From: Spirochaetia bacterium
GTDB taxonomy: Bacteria; Spirochaetota; Spirochaetia; DSM-16054; Sediminispirochaetaceae
Assembly: GCA_034520965.1 (NCBI GenBank)
Contig: JAXHMY010000002.1
Span: 1-64,000, forward strand
Reading direction: 5' to 3'
DNA: 64,000 bases
Made by a program: the position numbers and the translations under genes
The notes under the pieces: generated by a model
What the model saw: only the letters and a program-made list of their open reading frames with translations
The model's database searches: none
What the model was told of the DNA's origin: nothing
Shown: piece after piece, positions 11,484-21,520 of the stretch
Layout: every line of letters starts with the position of its first letter
Numbering within the stretch: the stretch's first letter is position 1

Positions 11484-11806
11484 ATGGCAGAAATTTTTGG
11501 AAATGTCCATATTATGATTAGGTAAATGAGGTGCACATGCAAATTGCAAAGAACAAGATACGCTTCTATTTTTACGCTGGCTCTGTTTTTTCTATTATTA
11601 TTCTAACTATTTTATTTTATTTTAATATTTCTGAATCATTGCAAAACGAATACAAAAGAAAAGTTGATCAACTATCTACCGGTGTCAGCAACGGTGATAA
11701 AGTTCCGGATATCGACGGTTTAAAAGTTCCGCTTTTACGACACAAATAAGGGCGGATAACCTATAGTGGGATTGACCAAAATACACCACAAAAGGAAACC
11801 GCCCAA

Positions 11807-13088
11807 ATGTGTCGAAAGGAAGATCGGATGCATATAGCTCGCATCCTGGCCAGAGAAGGCCACAGACAGAAAGACATCGCAGCACAGCTCGGAGTCAGTG
11901 ACCGTATGGTACGAAAGTACCTGAAAGAAGACTTTGGAGCAAGAGCTCGAAAGAAGCGTCGCAGCATTCCCCGAGCCGTTTCACCGAATAATCGATGAGA
12001 CGATCGAAGAGAATCCCTACACCAACCTGGTGCTGCTGTATGAGCGGCTCAAAAGTCAAAGGTATGGGGGAGGGATGACTATCTTACGGGACTATGCCCG
12101 AGGGGTCAGGGAGCAAGTGATCACCAAAAGCGGTGCTGCGCTTTGAAACCGAGCCAGGCAGACAAGCCCAGGTCGACTTGGAAGAGTGTGGAAGCTGGCT
12201 TATCGAGGGGAGAATGCAGAAACTCTATGCATTTGTCATGCTCTTGGGCTACAGTCGACGGCCTTTCGTGCTGTTTACCACCAACATGAGGCTCTCGACG
12301 GTGTTGTTGGCACATTTGGCGGCCTTTGCCTGGTTTGGAGCTGTGCCTAGAGAGATACTCTACGACAACATGAAAACCGCCTGGCTGAATCAGGGCGGCA
12401 GTTGGATCGTAAATCCTGGGCTTCTCTCATTGGCCTCGGCCTGTGGGTTTACGCCTCTGAGGTGTAAGGTCCGCCGGCCTCAAACGAAAGGCAAAGTCGA
12501 GAGGTTTATCGGCTATTTGGCGCATAACTTTCTACCGAGAGTGGAGAATCGAGCCGGAACGACACTCGAGGAGCTTAACGGAGAAGTCGCCGATTGGCTT
12601 AAAAAGATAGATGCGCAGCAGATCGGCGGTATTCGCAGCACCCGTGCCGAGAGGTTTGCCGAGGAGAAGCCCTATATGAATACCTGGGTACCGGAGGCTG
12701 CCCCCGATGTACGGGATATGGTGGGCCTGGTGGTCTCCAGGGAGGGGAAGTTGACCTATCAGACGAACCAATACAGTGTGCCTGCCGAGCATATCGGCCA
12801 AATGGTTACTCTAAAAATAAATACCCTCAACTACCGTTCTCAGGTATTCACTCAGGAGAATCTGCTGCTGCGTGAGTTTACCCTTTCGACAAAAGGGGCT
12901 CGGGAGATGAATATACGCAAGGAGGATACCGAAAGCCTCATAGAGCGTTGGAAAGCCGAACGACGGCCTACGGTAAAAAAGCACCACAGGAGGTGACCGA
13001 TCCGCAGATTCTTGATGAGCTAATAGCCACATCGGTGGAAACACGCAGTCCCGCCTGTTACGATCAGCTGGTAGGAGCGGCCTCATGA
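11807..13088 (+). CDS. istA: IS21 transposase IstA (frameshifted)
   Basis: N-terminal HTH, RFETEPGRQAQVD, YDNMKT and RPQTKGKVER. The tail VETRSPACYDQL ends in an ATGA overlap with istB. Confidence 0.92.
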
Positions 13089-13849
13089 ATGCACTCAGCG
13101 AAACGGTAGGAACCCGTATGCAGGAGATGGGTCTGCAGTTCATGGCCGCCTCTCTGGAAAGTTATCTCGAAGAGCAGAGCCATAGTGACAAAACCCTTCT
13201 GCAGTCCCTTGCAGACCTGCTGGAGCTCGAATACCTTCCCCGCAAAGAGAGGGCTGCTCGCAGTCGCCTGAAGCTCTCGGGGATGCCTGCGGTAAAGCGG
13301 TTGGAGGACTTTGATATCTCCTGGCTCAAAGGGGGCCTGTCGGCCCGTCAGCTTGCCGAACTGTCCTCACTGAGCTTCATAGAGCGGAAAGAGAATGTGG
13401 TGCTCATGGGACCCAGCGGCCTGGGCAAGAGCCACCTTATGCTGGCCTTGGGGTACAAAGCGTGCATGACCGAGTTCACTGTCTGGTACACCAGCTGTAT
13501 AGATTTGATCGAAGGACTTAAAAGGGCACGTGAACAGGGGCGTTTGAAACGCCGACTGACATGGCTGAAAAAACCGCATTTGATTCTTATCGATGAAGTC
13601 GGTTACGAGAATCTCTCGAAAGAAGAAGCGAACCTTCTCTTCCAAGTGGTCAATGCCCGCTACGAATATGGCAGTATGATTCTCACTACGAATAAGGCTT
13701 TTGGTCGTTGGGCGGAGGTCCTGGCAGAGGAAGCTATTGCAACAGCCACCATCGACCGGCTTCTCCATCATGCACATGTGTTCAGCCTAAAAGGAGATTC
13801 ATACCGGATGAAAGACCGGCTGAAAATCGGGGTCGTTGACCCTATGTAA
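13085..13849 (+). CDS. istB: IS21 helper AAA+ ATPase IstB
   Basis: GPSGLGKSHL Walker A, LILIDEVGY Walker B, ATIDRLLHH, GDSYR. Confidence 0.96.
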   Translation: MNALSETVGTRMQEMGLQFMAASLESYLEEQSHSDKTLLQSLADLLELEYLPRKERAARSRLKLSGMPAVKRLEDFDISWLKGGLSARQLAELSSLSFIERKENVVLMGPSGLGKSHLMLALGYKACMTEFTVWYTSCIDLIEGLKRAREQGRLKRRLTWLKKPHLILIDEVGYENLSKEEANLLFQVVNARYEYGSMILTTNKAFGRWAEVLAEEAIATATIDRLLHHAHVFSLKGDSYRMKDRLKIGVVDPM

Positions 13850-15293
13850 AACTATAAAAAGCGGAACCGCTACACCGTTGAAAAGCGGAACTTTTAAACC
13901 GCTGTTGACAACCGGCATAATTGGTGAAAAGAAAAGGTTTTTAGAAAATGCTGTAGATAGAACTATACAGATGATAGAAATAGAGAGGCAAAGGGTTATT
14001 CAAGAGTCTGAAGCTACGGAATTATCAGTTAATCAAATCAATGCTAAAACGAAAGAAAGAATCAAAGAATTGCTTCATCAGATAAAACTGATTGATGACG
14101 GATACATTTGGGTAAACAGAATTGTGAACTACGATGGTGGCGATAAATATGCTGTACGGGAAATACACCCCAATCTTCCTGAAACTGAAGGTATATGGCT
14201 TTCAACTGAGACAAGGGATATAAAAGGAAATAAACCCTATCAAGCTGAATTAGATGGTATAAATAAAAAGGGTGAACTCTTCTTTGAGTATTACTTTAAA
14301 AAACTCAAATCAGATAAAATCGCACATAAGATGTCATATGCAAAGCTGTATAAACCGTTTGACTGGGTAGTAGCAACAGGAGTTTATCTCGATGATGTCG
14401 ATAAACTCATCAAGAATGAAACCAAGATAATGCAAACAACATATAAAAACCAACTGATGTTTTCGATTTATGCTGCGTTTGCAGCTATTGTAGTATCAAC
14501 TCTGATTTTGTTTGGTTTTGAACGACAGATTAGTCGACTAATACGGCATTACGAAAGTGACATCAATAAATATACACATTCATTAGTCGCCCAGAAAGAA
14601 AAAACAGAGAAAGCGCTTAAAGAAAAAGAAACTTTGCTCCATGAAATTCATCACCGGGTCAAAAACAACATGACTGTTATCTCAAGTTTACTTAGACTTC
14701 AAATGGATAGCATAGATAATAAGATAGCCAGAGAAGCATTACAAGAAAGTCAAAATCGTGTTCAATCCATGTCGATGATTCATCAAACGCTTTATCAATC
14801 TGAGGATTTATCAGCTATTAACTTAAAAACATATCTATCAGAGCTTGGAAAAAATATCATGAATAATTATTCCATCAATAATAAAGTGCAATTTATAATT
14901 GACGTAGAAAATATCATGATCGAAGTTAAACAGGCTTCAACAGTTGGACTTATTGTCAATGAACTAATTACGAATTGTCTAAAATATTCTTTTCCAGACT
15001 ATAGGGAGGGAGAGATTGTTTTAAGGCTTAAATCAAATAACGAAAATGAGGTTGACCTGAGATTGTCCGATAATGGGATAGGAATGCCGGTAGGTTTTGA
15101 CTGGAAAAACAGCGATACATTAGGATTACAACTGGTAAGAACACTGGTTGAGCAACAATTGAATGGTACAGTCGAAGTTGACTCCATAAACGGTGCCACA
15201 TTCACCATTAAATTTTACCGTGAATTCAAGGAAAAGTTATGAGGAAATCCACAGGGGGTAATGTTCAAGAGTAATATCCTGTAAATAGCCAGA

Positions 15294-15342
15294 AGTATTG
15301 GCAAGTTTAGCTTAGATTCGCAAAATTCCCTTGGCGGCGAAC
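15294..15342 (-). repeat. Inverted partial third copy of the kinase-array spacer region
   Basis: Reverse complement matches 8066-8114 at 42 of 49 positions without gaps (manual alignment). Confidence 0.8.
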
Positions 15343-15375
15343 GCCATATTCCCTTCCTTCGGGAATATGGCGTTC
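15339..15375. terminator. Perfect 15-bp hairpin just 3' of tRNA-Val(CAC); possible terminator, no clear U-tract
   Basis: GAACGCCATATTCCC-ttccttc-GGGAATATGGCGTTC. Confidence 0.55.
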
Positions 15376-15385
15376 ATTTGTAATT

Positions 15386-15457
15386 TGGGCGATGCTGGAT
15401 TTGAACCAGCGACTTCTACCGTGTGAAGGTAGCACTCTCCCACTGAGTTAATCGCCC
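15386..15457 (-). tRNA. tRNA-Val(CAC)
   Basis: GGGCGATTAACTCAGTGGGAGAGTG CTACC TTCACAC GGTAG … GGTTCAAATCC … ATCGCCCA forms a cloverleaf. CCA is not encoded. Confidence 0.96.
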
Positions 15458-15582
15458 CTCTGTTTTCTTCTAAAAAGAATTTTCTACAAACCTTTCCTAC
15501 ACATGTTATACCACAGCTTGAAACCTGAAGCAATACCGGGATTTGAAATTTCACTATTTCAAAATGACGGAAGCACTGCTTT

Positions 15583-16551
15583 TTAGTACACCTCCGGGTT
15601 TACACAGTCCGGTGCCTTTTGGCTCTTTACCATTGCAAGTAAATTACGGGCCGCCTTAGTGGCCATGTCGGTGCGGGCACCTACCGTAGCGGATGCGGTA
15701 TGGGGAGTAATAACTATATTTTTCAGCTGTTCCATCCCGGGGGTCAGCTCCGGCTCGTTCTCGTACACATCAAGCCCGGCCCCGGCGATGTACGCTTCCT
15801 GTAAGGCAGTGTACAGGTCTGCCTCTTTGATTACAGGACCGCGGGAAGTGTTGATCAGATATGCAGTGGGCTTCATCTGCTTAAAAGTGTCAAGCGTGAA
15901 CAGGTGGCGGGTTTCCTGGAGAAGGGGAGTATGCACACTCACAAAATCCGACTTTGCAAGCAGCTCGGACAGTTCAACCCTCCGGGCATTCAAGCTGTTC
16001 TCCAATTTCGTGTTGCTTTGGGTATCGTAATAGAGGACTTCCATATTGAAACCCCTCGATTTTAAGGCCATGGCCGTTCCTATTCGCCCGGCGCCCACAA
16101 TACCCAAAGTTTTTCTGCTTAGGTCGCCCCCGAGAAACTGCAAGGGCCCCCATCCGGGCCATTGACCGCTGCGCATGTGGCTGTCGGACTCTACGACCCT
16201 CCGGGAAACAGCAAACAACAAGGCCCATGCCATTTCAGCAGTTGCGTCGGTTAGTACATCCGGTGTGTTTGAGATTGGAATACCCCGCCGTGTAGCTTCC
16301 TCAACATCTATGTTGTCATAGCCAACTGCGTAATTTGCAAAGCCTTTGATCTCAGGCACCGTATCGAAAACCTCCGCATCGATGCGGTCGGTTAACAGGC
16401 AAAGTACCCCATCCTTTCCTTCTATTTCGTGCAGTAATTCTTCTCGGGTAAGCGGGCGGTCTTCCGGATTCACTTCTACCTCACACTCTTCCTTCAGCAG
16501 ATCGATACCTGCCTGGGGAACCCTACGGGTCACATATACCTTTGGTTTCAT
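15583..16551 (-). CDS. D-isomer-specific 2-hydroxyacid dehydrogenase (glyoxylate/hydroxypyruvate reductase type)
   Basis: AVGYDNIDV, GAGRIG, INTSRGPV, LDVYENEP, TPHTAS. GGAGG RBS precedes MKPKV. Confidence 0.92.
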   Translation of the reverse strand: MKPKVYVTRRVPQAGIDLLKEECEVEVNPEDRPLTREELLHEIEGKDGVLCLLTDRIDAEVFDTVPEIKGFANYAVGYDNIDVEEATRRGIPISNTPDVLTDATAEMAWALLFAVSRRVVESDSHMRSGQWPGWGPLQFLGGDLSRKTLGIVGAGRIGTAMALKSRGFNMEVLYYDTQSNTKLENSLNARRVELSELLAKSDFVSVHTPLLQETRHLFTLDTFKQMKPTAYLINTSRGPVIKEADLYTALQEAYIAGAGLDVYENEPELTPGMEQLKNIVITPHTASATVGARTDMATKAARNLLAMVKSQKAPDCVNPEVY

Positions 16552-16600
16552 AACTGCCTCCATATCATTTAGCCTAATGGATAAGCCTTTCAGATGCAAC

Positions 16601-17608
16601 TCAGCCCACGAGCTGCAGAAAAAGAACCATGTGCACAGGAAAGATAATTAAAAAACCGAGATAGGTTATCAGAAGAGTGAAGGCGGTGAACCCTTGGTTT
16701 ACCCCGGCCTCGGAGACCATAATGGACAGGTTAGAGGCTGGTGGTAAATGGGTTTCCAAGAATAAAACCCAGATATGAACCGGGGTAATAAAGTCTAAAT
16801 GCCGTAATACCGTAAAATACAGCACATAAAAGAAGGCAGGTAAAAGCACAAAACGAACGGTGAACACCCCCATGGCCATCTGGGTGAGGCGCCATTTTCC
16901 CTCGACATGTAAATTAAGATTTGCGATCATAGCACCTAGTACTACCAGTATCAAAGGAAAAGTAGTTGAACCGAGACGGCGTAGGCCCAGGTAAAGGTGA
17001 TGAATAAAGAAATCCTCATTCATAATAGGAGTATTGAGGTGCAGCAGAATCGCCGCAAAGCCAAGCATTATTCCGATAAAGGGCGGGCTCACAATATTGC
17101 GGATCGAAAAATCGCTCTTTCCGGTAATAAGGTAGTGTCCAAAGGTCCATAAGAGGGGGCTGAAGACCAGCACGTAGGTGCCTACATACAGCGCTGGAAC
17201 TGCTGTTCCATATCTTTCGATCAGTAGCGGTACTGTAAGAGGAAAGATTTCTATCAGGGTAAGGGGAATGTAGGCAGAATTTCCAAAAGTGGACATGGCC
17301 AAGCCTGCCCGTTTTTCCTTTCCCTTAAAGGGCAGCAGGGTAAACACGATGAAAGAGAGCAGCACACTAGCCCCTATTACTAGCACTGCACTGATAGGCA
17401 AGAGCCAGCTGCCGGCCATGGCATCTCTGTCGGTTTCTATCACCTTGCTAAACAGGTAAATCGGCAGAGTACCCTTGATGAGAAAAGTGCTGATATATCC
17501 AAAAAACTTCTGGGGCAGTATGTTTTTCTTTCGCAGGAAAAAACCAAAGCCCATAATAACTATTATCTGAAGCATGGTATGTACTACCGAAATGAATATA
17601 GATCCCAT
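16601..17608 (-). CDS. AEC (auxin efflux carrier/malate permease) family transporter
   Basis: About 10 hydrophobic segments, FGNSAYIPL, SPPFIG, and a PPASN-type motif. Confidence 0.75.
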   Translation of the reverse strand: MGSIFISVVHTMLQIIVIMGFGFFLRKKNILPQKFFGYISTFLIKGTLPIYLFSKVIETDRDAMAGSWLLPISAVLVIGASVLLSFIVFTLLPFKGKEKRAGLAMSTFGNSAYIPLTLIEIFPLTVPLLIERYGTAVPALYVGTYVLVFSPLLWTFGHYLITGKSDFSIRNIVSPPFIGIMLGFAAILLHLNTPIMNEDFFIHHLYLGLRRLGSTTFPLILVVLGAMIANLNLHVEGKWRLTQMAMGVFTVRFVLLPAFFYVLYFTVLRHLDFITPVHIWVLFLETHLPPASNLSIMVSEAGVNQGFTAFTLLITYLGFLIIFPVHMVLFLQLVG

Positions 17609-17654
17609 AAGAAGTCCAATGGTATAGATTAGTCAAAGAAAGTGCAACAAAGTA

Positions 17655-17712
17655 TTGACGTTTACTCAGAGTAGTGTTAGATTGTTAGTGTAATAGTTAG
17701 ATAGTACACTAA
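17655..17712 (+). promoter_or_regulatory. Sigma70 promoter with adjacent YtrA/GntR-type operator
   Basis: TTGACG(17655)-17 bp-TAGATT(17678), followed by the inverted repeat TTAGTGTA-12 bp-TACACTAA (17685-17712). Confidence 0.75.
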
Positions 17713-17725
17713 TATGGAGGTATAT

Positions 17726-18581
17726 ATGAAGGGTGAAGCAATTAAGGTGAATCAGCTGACCTTTTCCTACGATCAGAAACATTCCTTGTTCAAAAACTTG
17801 GACATGCAGCTGCAGATGGGAAACATTTACGGTTTGCTTGGAAAAAACGGGGCAGGGAAAACTACACTTTTGCGTATTCTTTCCGGGCTTTTGTATTCTC
17901 GAGAGGGTCGGGTAGAAGTAATCGGGCATGAACCAAGCGCCCGCAATCCCGAGTTTCTTTCGGACATCTTCTTTCTGCCTGAAGAGTTTTACCTGCCGGC
18001 CTTGAACGCCCTGCAGTATCAGGCATTATACGCACCGTTTTATCCAAAATTCGACGGGCAGCAGTTTTTGCAGCATTTAAGAGAGTTTCAAATCGATGTC
18101 CAGCATAAGCTTTCGGCTCTGTCCTACGGTCAGAAAAAGAAGTTTCTCCTAGGCTTTGGGCTTGCCAGCAATGCCGCCCTGTGTATCTTGGACGAACCCA
18201 CTGAACGGGTTGGATATTCCTTCCAAGAGTCAATTTAGACGGGTGGTGGCCGCGTCGGTAAATGAGGAGCGTATGTTTCTTATATCCACCCATCAAGTAC
18301 GTGATATGGAGCTGTTGATTGATCCGGTTATCATTATCGATGATGCCATAATCATCTTCCAGCGGGAGTATTCGGAAATTTCAAAGCGTTTGAGCATTGA
18401 AAAGGTACTCGAACTGCCCACCGGCAAACCGGTGCTTTTTTCTCAGGAAGAGATTGGAGGCTATCGCATCGTAACTGAAAAAACAGAGGCAGATGAATCG
18501 GTTATCGATATGGAAACCCTCTTTAATGCGGTAATCGAGAACCCCAATGCGGTGAATAGTGTGTTTAAGGAGGATAACTAG
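17726..18581 (+). CDS. ABC transporter ATP-binding protein (YtrB-like), frameshift near 18205
   Basis: GKNGAGKTT, LSYGQKK signature, ILDEPT/NGLD split over two frames, ISTHQ. Confidence 0.9.
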
Positions 18582-18582
18582 A

Positions 18583-19392
18583 ATGCAATTCAAAGAAGAA
18601 AGATTTTCGTTGAAACGAATGGAGCTGCTTCTGCGTCGCGATGTCACCACCGGTTACAAAAACGTAATGGTTATAATAGGTGCACTAGCTGCCATCCTTA
18701 TCACCTTTGATGTTCTCAACTTTACTCTATTTCAGGGACAGACTGAAATCGACCATCATCTAAGTACGTTTTCAACGATTCTGTTTATTGGCGGGTTTAT
18801 AGTAACCAGCGGGATATTCAAGGAAGTTCATCAGCGCGAGAGTGCCCAAGCCTATCTCATGCTTCCGGCTTCTCCCCTGGAAAAAACGGCGAGTCGAATT
18901 CTCATCTCGAACATAGGCTGGATTCTGCTGACCCTGCTGTGGTACAGCGCCTACAGCTATCTGTCGGCCGGCGTGACTGAGTTAATTGCAGGTAAGCACC
19001 ACTATCTGTTTAACCCTTTTCAGAGTCAATTTTGGCTGATAGTTGCCAATTACCTCGTGGTGCAGTCAATTTTTCTGGTCGGTGCAATCTATTTCCGGAA
19101 AGCCCAGCTGTTTAAAACCTTGCTGACCCTGTTTGCGGCCGGAGTAATTTTTTCCATTTTTATGGCCGTCTTTGTACGAGTTGTCTTTGCCCCCTATTTC
19201 AACGGGATGTTTATAATAGACAGCGCCAAGCTGATGGGTCCAATGTTCGAGGATATGCCCTTCAGGTTTCAAGACAGTATCAAAGTACTCATAGTCATAC
19301 GCAACGTGTTTTACTGGGGCTTGCTTGCACCGGTGGCCTGGCTTATCACTTATATCCGATTTCGTGAGGTTCAGGTAAAAGATGCAGTTTGA
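18583..19392 (+). CDS. ABC-2-type permease-like membrane protein
   Basis: About 6 TM segments, YLMLPASPLEK motif, located in the ABC operon. Confidence 0.75.
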   Translation: MQFKEERFSLKRMELLLRRDVTTGYKNVMVIIGALAAILITFDVLNFTLFQGQTEIDHHLSTFSTILFIGGFIVTSGIFKEVHQRESAQAYLMLPASPLEKTASRILISNIGWILLTLLWYSAYSYLSAGVTELIAGKHHYLFNPFQSQFWLIVANYLVVQSIFLVGAIYFRKAQLFKTLLTLFAAGVIFSIFMAVFVRVVFAPYFNGMFIIDSAKLMGPMFEDMPFRFQDSIKVLIVIRNVFYWGLLAPVAWLITYIRFREVQVKDAV

Positions 19393-19765
19393 AAAAGATA
19401 AACCGATTTATGCCCAAATAGTCGATCGCATCATCGAGAATATTCTGCAAAATAAATGGAGGCCCGAAGAGCGAATTCCTTCGGTCCGGGAAATGGCCGT
19501 TGAATTAGAGGTTAATCCGAACACGGTGGTACGGTCTTACAGTTACTTACAAGAGCAGGGGGTAATTTATAACCAGCGGGGCATAGGTTATTTTGTGAGC
19601 GAGGCCGGCAAAGAACAGGCAAAGCAGATTAAGCGAACCGAGTTTATTGAGAAAGAGCTTCCCTATTTTTTCAAAACCTTGCACTTGTTAGGAATGGATA
19701 TGGGAGAAGTAGAACAGAAGTACATAACATATAAGAAAAGGGAGGAGAAGGGTGAAAACCAGTAA
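19382..19765 (+). CDS. GntR-family regulator, YtrA subfamily
   Basis: PIYAQI…IPSVREMAVELEVNPNTV…RGIGYFV, 127 aa. Confidence 0.95.
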   Translation: MQFEKDKPIYAQIVDRIIENILQNKWRPEERIPSVREMAVELEVNPNTVVRSYSYLQEQGVIYNQRGIGYFVSEAGKEQAKQIKRTEFIEKELPYFFKTLHLLGMDMGEVEQKYITYKKREEKGENQ

Positions 19766-19946
19766 TAAAATTTTACTTGCGGCAGTGAGTGCCCTAGTAG
19801 TTCTTGCGGTAATTTCGATCATTTCAATGAGAGTCATGGTGGATAGAGCGGCTGAAGCCGGAGGTAATTTTTCGGCTATAGATAGAACCTACGACGAGAA
19901 AACAGGACATAAAAAAACGACACCGAAATTACTCGATGTCGTCTAA
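19752..19946 (+). CDS. Small membrane-anchored hypothetical protein
   Basis: GTG start with GGAG RBS, overlaps the GntR stop, one N-terminal hydrophobic helix. Confidence 0.55.
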   Translation: MKTSNKILLAAVSALVVLAVISIISMRVMVDRAAEAGGNFSAIDRTYDEKTGHKKTTPKLLDVV

Positions 19947-19950
19947 AAAG

Positions 19951-20023
19951 CTCCCCCGGTTGGACTCGAACCAACGACTTGATGATTAACAGTCATCCGC
20001 TCTACCAGCTGAGCTACAGGGGA
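19951..20023 (-). tRNA. tRNA-Asn(GTT)
   Basis: TCCCCTGTAGCTCAGCTGGTAGAGCG GATGA CTGTTAA TCATC … GGTTCGAGTCC … GGGGGAG. Confidence 0.96.
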
Positions 20024-20037
20024 CCGTAATGAGACGT

Positions 20038-20066
20038 ACTATACAGAATAGATTATTTTATGTCAA
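20038..20066 (-). promoter_or_regulatory. Sigma70 promoter of tRNA-Asn
   Basis: Minus strand TTGACA-17 bp-TATAGT just upstream of the tRNA. Confidence 0.7.
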
Positions 20067-20093
20067 CTATTTGAGGAGCAAAATTTGTTACAT

Positions 20094-21071
20094 TTACCCC
20101 ACCGGAAAGGGGACAGTCCGGCCGCATTTTGCGCATGACTGTCCCTTTATACCGGACATTTCTACCCGATACCCCGTGCGCCGAATAAGGGTATTGCCGC
20201 AGGCTGAACAATAGGTGTTTACCTCGCTCAGGCCGACATTTCCCGGATACACAAAGTGAAGGTGCTGCTTTGCTGTTTCTGTCAGTGCAAACACTGTAGA
20301 AGCTTCAGTTGGGGGAGCATCAAACTTAAAGGCCGGGTAATAACAGGAAAGGTGCAGTGGAATATCGGCGTCCAGTTCCGCCAGAAACCGAGCGATATCC
20401 CTTATCTCCTGCTCTGAATCGGTATAACCGGGTATTACTAGGGTAGTTACTTCTAAGTGTATCCTTTGAGATGCCTTTTTAATAAAGGCCAAAACCGGCT
20501 CCAGTGTGCCTCCTACAATATCCTGGTAAAACTCGGAACGGAAAGATTTCAGATCGATGTTCGCAGCATCGAGTACTTCGAGCAGTTCCTCTGCGGGTTG
20601 TGGATTCACATACCCATTAGAGACTAAAATGTTTTTCAACCCCCGGCTGCGTGCGTACTTAGCCGTTTCCAGCATCCATTCAAAGTGAACCAGCGGCTCC
20701 GAATAGGTATAGGCTATTGCCTGTGCCCCTTCCCGGAGGGCCTGTTCCACTAACTCCTTGGGCTGGGTGCTGTGCGTATCTACAACATTGGTGGATTGTG
20801 CTATTCGATAATTCTGACAAAAGGGACAGCGAAAGGAACAGCCATAGAAGCCTACAGAAAAGATAAAGCTTCCCGGATAAAAATGATATAGAGGTTTTTT
20901 CTCTATGGGATCGTTAGATACGGCCGAGAGAACCCCGTAAAAAGGGAGTTGTAGTTCACCGTGACGGTTTTCCCTTACCAAGCAGATGCCGTGTTCACCC
21001 TCTTCAAGCTTGCAGTGATGAGGACATAAAACACAGTGGAGTTTAGAATCTTTGGTATAGGTATAGCTCAT
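20094..21071 (-). CDS. amrS: AmmeMemoRadiSam-system radical SAM enzyme
   Basis: N-terminal CVLCPHHC, DPIEKKPLYHF, CSFRCPFCQN radical SAM motif, YTYSEP, C-terminal CxxC pairs. Confidence 0.88.
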   Translation of the reverse strand: MSYTYTKDSKLHCVLCPHHCKLEEGEHGICLVRENRHGELQLPFYGVLSAVSNDPIEKKPLYHFYPGSFIFSVGFYGCSFRCPFCQNYRIAQSTNVVDTHSTQPKELVEQALREGAQAIAYTYSEPLVHFEWMLETAKYARSRGLKNILVSNGYVNPQPAEELLEVLDAANIDLKSFRSEFYQDIVGGTLEPVLAFIKKASQRIHLEVTTLVIPGYTDSEQEIRDIARFLAELDADIPLHLSCYYPAFKFDAPPTEASTVFALTETAKQHLHFVYPGNVGLSEVNTYCSACGNTLIRRTGYRVEMSGIKGQSCAKCGRTVPFPVG

Positions 21072-21457
21072 ACATTCATATTCTCCTTCTCAGACATTAC
21101 CTGATGAAGAATTTCACTATCTTTTAAGAAACGCAGCTCATCTGATACTTCAAAGGGATGGTATTGTATTCCAAGACTGCCCTTCCGTACCCATATCTGA
21201 ACAATAAACAGGCTTTCCCCGGATTCAGTGGATATATTCGGTCGCTCTTCATAGTACACAATATCATCAGCCTGGAATTCAAAAAACTCCGTATCCGAAC
21301 TGAAGGGTTCGGTTATCAGCAATAGTTTTGAATCATCGTAGGGGTGTTTGCGTAGAGCCCCGGTGAAGGAGATGGCCTCAGAGATTAACTCAGGACGTCG
21401 ATCGTATTTAACTACATCATACAAAGGCTGAGTTTCAAGATATTTACGAATACTCAT
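21068..21457 (-). CDS. Conserved hypothetical protein
   Basis: 129-aa ORF with GGAGG RBS, ATGA overlap with the radical SAM gene, FTGALRKHPYD motif. Confidence 0.75.
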   Translation of the reverse strand: MSIRKYLETQPLYDVVKYDRRPELISEAISFTGALRKHPYDDSKLLLITEPFSSDTEFFEFQADDIVYYEERPNISTESGESLFIVQIWVRKGSLGIQYHPFEVSDELRFLKDSEILHQVMSEKENMNV

Positions 21458-21520
21458 AATAACTACCTCCTTTCGTTACTTCTAGTATTACAATACAGGA
21501 GGGGGGAGCGCAAGGGGAAA

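Larger units (their letters stand above)
11683..13910 (+). mobile_element. IS21-family insertion sequence, 2228 bp
   Basis: TG…CA ends with imperfect IRs (TGTCAGCAACGGT… / …ACCGCTGTTGACA), repeated subterminal AAAGTTCCG/CGGAAC motifs, istA+istB, and 5-bp direct repeats ACCGG at 11678-11682 and 13911-13915. Confidence 0.96.
11537..15242 (+). pseudogene. Membrane Cache-domain HisKA_2 sensor kinase interrupted by an IS21 element
   Basis: N-terminal TM part 11537-11682 joins in frame with 13916-15242 once the IS and one ACCGG are removed (…QLSTGIIGEKKRF…). Cache motifs GYIWV and FDWVVATGVYLDD, a second TM, and EIHHRVKNN are present. Confidence 0.88.

Noticed and set aside
20040..20068. TTATGTCAACT resembling a XerD arm of a dif site
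   Set aside because: It is fully explained as the -35 box of the tRNA-Asn promoter, and there is no convincing XerC arm.
21068..21457. Assigning an enzyme function such as pyrophosphatase to the 129-aa ORF
   Set aside because: No catalytic motif that I can recognise, so it is left as hypothetical.
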